Assembly: GCA_963740635.1 (NCBI GenBank)
Contig: CAVUEQ010000001.1
Coordinates: 209,026-273,025 of the forward strand
Direction of reading: 5' to 3'
Origin: an uncultured bacterium
GTDB lineage: Bacteria > Patescibacteriota > Saccharimonadia > UBA4664
DNA length: 64,000 bases
Shown here: one piece after another, positions 60,517 to 64,000 of the stretch
Numbering within the stretch: position 1 is the stretch's first letter
Layout: every line of letters starts with the position of its first letter
Translations under genes and position numbers: made by a program
The notes under the pieces: generated by a model
Seen by the model: the letters and a program-made list of their open reading frames with translations, nothing else
The model's database searches: none
What the model was told of the DNA's origin: nothing

Positions 60517-60555
60517 ACCCGCATTATAGCACTACGCGCTTATGCTTAATCAGGC

Positions 60556-60586
60556 AACAAAAAAGGGCCGCTGGGGCCCATTTTTG
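60556..60586 (-). terminator. Bidirectional-looking Rho-independent terminator
   Basis: The stem GGGCC / GGCCC (60565-60569 / 60575-60579) is flanked by an A-run (60558-60564) and a T-run (60581-60585). It lies 15 nt after the stop of the 67-aa gene. Confidence 0.65.
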
Positions 60587-60600
60587 TGCGTGAGCGGAAA

Positions 60601-60804
60601 CTAGACTACGGGACCGTCGAAGCCGTCCCAGGTAGCCTGGCTGACGAACTTGGTCAGGTTGCGGCCCTGGTAGCTACCGCGGAGGGCGTACCGGACCTGG
60701 GTCTTGCCGTCCTTAGTGGTGCGCTCGTACTTGGTCTTGGAAACGTCGCTGTCCTGCACGTCGACAGACTGGCGGGTTTTAACGTCGTAAAAGGAAACAC
60801 TCAT
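60601..60804 (-). CDS. Small basic beta-rich protein of unknown function
   Basis: The 67-aa product reads 'MSVSFYDVKTRQSVDVQDSDVSKTKYERTTKDGKTQVRYALRGSYQGRNLTKFVSQATW...'. GAGG lies ~10 nt upstream of the ATG, and the gene has its own terminator. Confidence 0.55.
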   Translation of the reverse strand: MSVSFYDVKTRQSVDVQDSDVSKTKYERTTKDGKTQVRYALRGSYQGRNLTKFVSQATWDGFDGPVV

Positions 60805-60838
60805 GACTTTCTGACCTCACTTAGCTTAAGTGTTTGAA

Positions 60839-62283
60839 CTATAGGCTAGGCGGGTGTAGCTTGTCAAACATGAGGGCCGACCGGGCGGCTTTGAGGCGGC
60901 GCACGGTCGTATCGCGCCCGAGCACGGCCAGGGTCTCAAACAGGCCGGGTGCAGCGGTGCGGCCGGTGACGGCGATGCGGAGGAGGCCGAAGAGCTGTCC
61001 GGTCTTCAAACCGAGTTCTGCGGCTAGTGGACGAATAGCTTCCTCCAGGGTAGCCTCGGTCCATTTCTTCGGCAGGTGACTGATTACTTGCGTAAGTGTG
61101 TCGTGGGCGAATTTTGCGTTGGCCAGCAGCGCTGGGTGTGCCGGGGGGTCGGAGAAAAAGAAGCCAGTGAGCTCGGGCAATTCGCTCAGAGTTTTGAGGC
61201 GCTCCTGCACGAGAGCCAGAACGGCCTGCCGGTGGTCCGGGGTTGTCTTGGCTGCCGACGCGGGCCAGAAGCCGTCACAGCGCTCCGCCAGCGATTCCAG
61301 CGGCATATGGCGGATCATTACGCCGTTGACCCAGGTGAGGCGCTCTCTGTCGAACCGGGCGGGGCTTTTTTGGATGCGGTCGAGGGTGAAGCGTTCGATG
61401 AGGGTGCCGGCGGCGTAGACCTCGTCGGTGGTGCCGTCGTTCCAGCCAAGGGTGGCGAGGAAGCTTATGAGGGCCTCGGGCAAATAGCCTTCGTCGATAT
61501 ATTCCTGCACCGACTGGGCGCCGTCGCGTTTGCTGAGCTTCTTGCCGCCGGTGGGGCTTTGTACGGCCGGGAGGTGGGCGTAGACTGGCGGCTTCCAGCT
61601 GAAGGCCTCAAACAGCAGAAGGTGCTTAGGGGTACTGGGGATCCACTCATCGGCGCGCAGAACGTGGCTGATGGCCATGAGGTGGTCGTCGACGATGTTG
61701 GCGAACTGGTAGGTCGGGTAGCCGTCGGCCTTGACGGCTACGAAGTCGTCCAGGTCGGCGAGTTTGAACTCCAGGCGGCCGCGCACGGCGTCGTCCCAGC
61801 CGATGGATTCGGGTTGGTCGGGAATGCGGAAACGAAGCACATGCGGATGAGTTTCGGGGCCCTGGTTTTCGGGGATGAGGCAGTGGCGGTCGTACTTAAA
61901 GGCAACCCCGGCCTTCTGCGCCGCTTCGCGCAATTTGGCCAAGCGTTCGGGCGAACACCAGCAGCGGTAGAGTGCGCCGGTTTCGAGCAATTTGTGGGCG
62001 TGTTCGCGGTAAATGTCCAGGCGCTGCGATTGCAAATACGGGCCGTGTCCCCGCCCTGCTTGGGGCCTTCGTCGGGGATAATGCTGAGGGCCTCGAGCGA
62101 TGCGTTAATCTGGTCGATGGCGCCGTCGACAAACCTGGCGCGGTCGGTGTCCTCGATGCGCAAAATAAACTGGCCGTCGTTGTGTTTGGCCCAGAGCCAG
62201 TTAAATAGGGCCGAGCGCACCCCGCCGACGTGCAAAAAGCCGGTGGGGCTGGGGGCAAAGCGGACTCGTATTTGGTTTGACAT
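60839..62283 (-). pseudogene. gltX: Glutamyl-tRNA synthetase, interrupted by a frameshift near 62040-62045
   Basis: The N-terminal ORF reads '[29 protein letters not shown]...IEDTDRAR...[12 protein letters not shown]' and then leaves frame. The -1 frame continues '[33 protein letters not shown]...' to 60839. The ATG at 62283 lies 7 nt after TATAAT (62291-62296). Confidence 0.9.
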
Positions 62284-62401
62284 CGGGTAGATTATACCTT
62301 TTAAGGCGGAATTCTTCACGCTCTCCCCTATGCGAATTTTTTTCGAGTATTCGTTTTTCAAAAAATAGGTATACTTTATATCCATATAAATAATACCTAA
62401 A

Positions 62402-62809
62402 ATGAGGGAAATGGAATTTCTACCGGCGCCAATACCGACCCAGGCGTTTTACGTCCTGCTGTCATTATGTGATAGGAGCTTGCATGCTTACGCGATCAAG
62501 GGCTCGCTTTTTGGTGTCTCGCTTGGAAGTGTGCAACTGGCTCAGGGGCGAATATCCCGCCTGCTTACTTGGATGACCGATCAAGGGTTGATCGAGATAG
62601 CTGGGGAATTGCCGGCTGGGAAGTCGGGAAAACTTAGGATGCATTATCGGATAACGTCGGAGGGCCGGCTGGTACTGTTGGCCGAGTGCCGGCGACTGAA
62701 ATACGCGGTCACGGTGGCCGAGACCCAAGGCCTCCTAGAGGATGAAACGCCGCTGGATATCAAGCGGCAACAACTGGAGTTTCGTTTGGCCGAAGCATCA
62801 GAAGCCTAA
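62402..62809 (+). CDS. PadR-family winged-helix transcriptional regulator
   Basis: '[19 protein letters not shown]...[23 protein letters not shown]...[11 protein letters not shown]' is present. Confidence 0.75.
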   Translation: MREMEFLPAPIPTQAFYVLLSLCDRSLHAYAIKGSLFGVSLGSVQLAQGRISRLLTWMTDQGLIEIAGELPAGKSGKLRMHYRITSEGRLVLLAECRRLKYAVTVAETQGLLEDETPLDIKRQQLEFRLAEASEA

Positions 62810-63136
62810 TTCGGAGGGATCGATGGGCTCCCAGTCGGGGCCGTCTTGGCGGTACAAGTTGGTGCGGAAGCTGATCTCGTCGGGGTCGTAAACGTTTTCG
62901 ACCCGTGTGACCGCGCCGGCGCGGCGGGCGCCCATGGTTTTACGGTCGATAATGGCCGGCCCCTGGATGCGCTCGACCTTGAGCGTTTCGCCGTCGCGCT
63001 GAAATTCCACGAACGACACGTGCTCGAGCAGGCCGGGCGCGTCCTCGACCGGACGGGTGCTGCGGCCGTGTTTAGTCAATCCGAATTTGGTGTCGATGGC
63101 GTCCACTATTCGGTCCCAGGCGCGGTCGTCTTGCAT
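62798..63136 (-). CDS. Hypothetical protein
   Basis: The 112-aa ORF has protein-like composition and overlaps the PadR 3' end by 12 nt. I recognise no family. Confidence 0.5.
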   Translation of the reverse strand: MQDDRAWDRIVDAIDTKFGLTKHGRSTRPVEDAPGLLEHVSFVEFQRDGETLKVERIQGPAIIDRKTMGARRAGAVTRVENVYDPDEISFRTNLYRQDGPDWEPIDPSELGF

Positions 63137-63153
63137 GCGGCTATCATAGCATG

Positions 63154-64000
63154 CTACAGGCTGTAGGCGATTTTGAGGATTTGCTCGCGGCTGAGGCGGC
63201 TGGCGCCCTCAATGCTGTACCACAGGCCGTGGTTGACCCAAGTGGCGTGGTCGTTGCCCCAGAGGTAGATGGTGAGGCCCTGGCCCTGGACGGTGGCGTA
63301 ATCGTCGGTGTTTTTGGCGACGAAATTATCGAGCAGCGAGCTGGAATCCCAGGTGGTGCGGTGCTGGGCGATGGTGAGCGGGCTGCTGGAACTGGGACTG
63401 GTGAAATCCAGGGTGATGAGGCCGGGGCTGGCGTCGGTGCGGGTGAGATTGTAGCTGCTGGGCATGAAAGCCGGCAGCGAGGCCGAAATGCCGGCCTTGG
63501 TATTGGCGCTTTGCAAAGCTAATTTCGGGTAATTTTGGAGCCAGATGTAGCCGGTGATCACGGCGACCGCGGCGATGGTGGCGGTGTTGCGGCCGGCGTG
63601 GGGGCTGAGGCCGAGGTGGGGCCGCCAGGCATTTACGGATGAGCTCTTGGGCGACGGAGTTTCGGCCGGTGGCAGGGGCGTCAGGCGGGTCATGGCTTCG
63701 TGGCGGGTGGCGGCTTGGGCCGGCAGCTCCCGGGTGTGCTCGTGCGCCGGGGCTGCCTGCTGCGCGAGGCCGGCATAATTGACCGAATGCGAGTCGTGCG
63801 TGTGGGCCGGTCCATGGGCGGATGCGGCTGGCGGTTCGGCGTGGTTGATGGGTTCGGCCAGCCGGCCGCCGCCGAATTTTTGGATGTGGGGGCTGCGGCC
63901 CACCTGTTTGGCGGCCTCAAGCCGGGCATTAACGTGGGCAAAGTGGCGTTCGTGAGTGGAGGCGGGCGGCGCGGCCGGAACGTGGTTGGGGGCGGTCGTG
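63154..64000 (-). CDS. Single-pass membrane protein with C-terminal DUF4367-like domain; 5' end probably outside window
   Basis: The C-terminal 'TIYLWGNDHATWVNHGLWYSIEGASRLSREQILKIAYSL' resembles DUF4367, which is often found in anti-sigma factors. A TM segment 'TATIAAVAVITGYIWL' is present. The frame stays open upstream of the GTG at 63903 to the window edge. Confidence 0.55.
   Translation of the reverse strand, partial: TTAPNHVPAAPPASTHERHFAHVNARLEAAKQVGRSPHIQKFGGGRLAEPINHAEPPAASAHGPAHTHDSHSVNYAGLAQQAAPAHEHTRELPAQAATRHEAMTRLTPLPPAETPSPKSSSVNAWRPHLGLSPHAGRNTATIAAVAVITGYIWLQNYPKLALQSANTKAGISASLPAFMPSSYNLTRTDASPGLITLDFTSPSSSSPLTIAQHRTTWDSSSLLDNFVAKNTDDYATVQGQGLTIYLWGNDHATWVNHGLWYSIEGASRLSREQILKIAYSL

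Noticed and set aside
1-64000. CRISPR arrays, rRNA genes, additional tRNAs, reverse transcriptase/DGR, and phage structural or integrase genes.
   Set aside because: I found no regularly spaced direct repeats, no rRNA-like conserved blocks and no second cloverleaf. None of the ORF translations shows RT, integrase or capsid/terminase motifs.

Overview
This is a 64-kb window from a compact, high-G+C bacterial chromosome. The taxon cannot be fixed from sequence alone. The gene content fits a reduced Gram-positive-type lineage such as Saccharibacteria/CPR or an actinobacterium-associated organism: many cell-wall remodelling enzymes, stand-alone receiver domains, widespread leaderless promoters and 4-nt ATGA start/stop overlaps. 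That assignment is a low-confidence guess.

I call about 65 protein genes, one tRNA-Glu(CUC), and no rRNA or CRISPR array.

**Housekeeping backbone**
- Information processing and division: DEAD-box helicase, dus, dprA, a THUMP methyltransferase, pth, a NUDIX hydrolase, der, scpA/scpB, cmk, a DEDD-exonuclease/GIY-YIG fusion.
- Envelope and metabolism: a D-Ala-D-Ala carboxypeptidase, an RluB-like pseudouridine synthase, murI, galE, carAB, gltX, an FKBP isomerase, an RlpA-like protein, DUF3048.
- Signalling: two histidine kinase / receiver-only pairs.
- Zinc module: VKOR-zur divergent from znuABC plus a zincin.

**Accessory or unusual content**
1. A low-G+C (by eye) islet sits downstream of a membrane-anchored double-AAA+ Clp-like ATPase.
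   - It carries a start-less RHS/YD core tip with a C-terminal toxin domain and a small candidate immunity gene.
   - It is bracketed by a 37-nt near-identical repeat and by a diverged duplicate of the Clp gene's 3' tail.
2. A ~3.5-kb island lies next to tRNA-Glu, flanked by direct repeats that include a degenerate copy of the tRNA 3' end.
   - It carries an aldehyde dehydrogenase, an IS110-family element with a structured ~370-bp upstream non-coding arm (bridge-RNA candidate), and an unknown gene.
   - A BrnT/BrnA toxin-antitoxin pair follows.
3. A family of 40-44-bp AT-rich nested palindromes occurs in three copies, and a GCTTATGCTTAAT-like motif recurs in intergenic DNA.
4. A promoter-to-terminator ~230-nt structured RNA candidate lies between dprA and the methyltransferase gene.
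5. A very G+C-rich patch encodes a sortase-like lipoprotein and a His/Pro-rich secreted protein.
6. An SQD1/SqdB-like enzyme converges on a class-V aminotransferase.
7. An ~11.6-kb envelope-glycan operon is present.

carB, carA and gltX are each interrupted by what looks like a single missing base. These are either assembly errors or real decay, and should be checked against reads.
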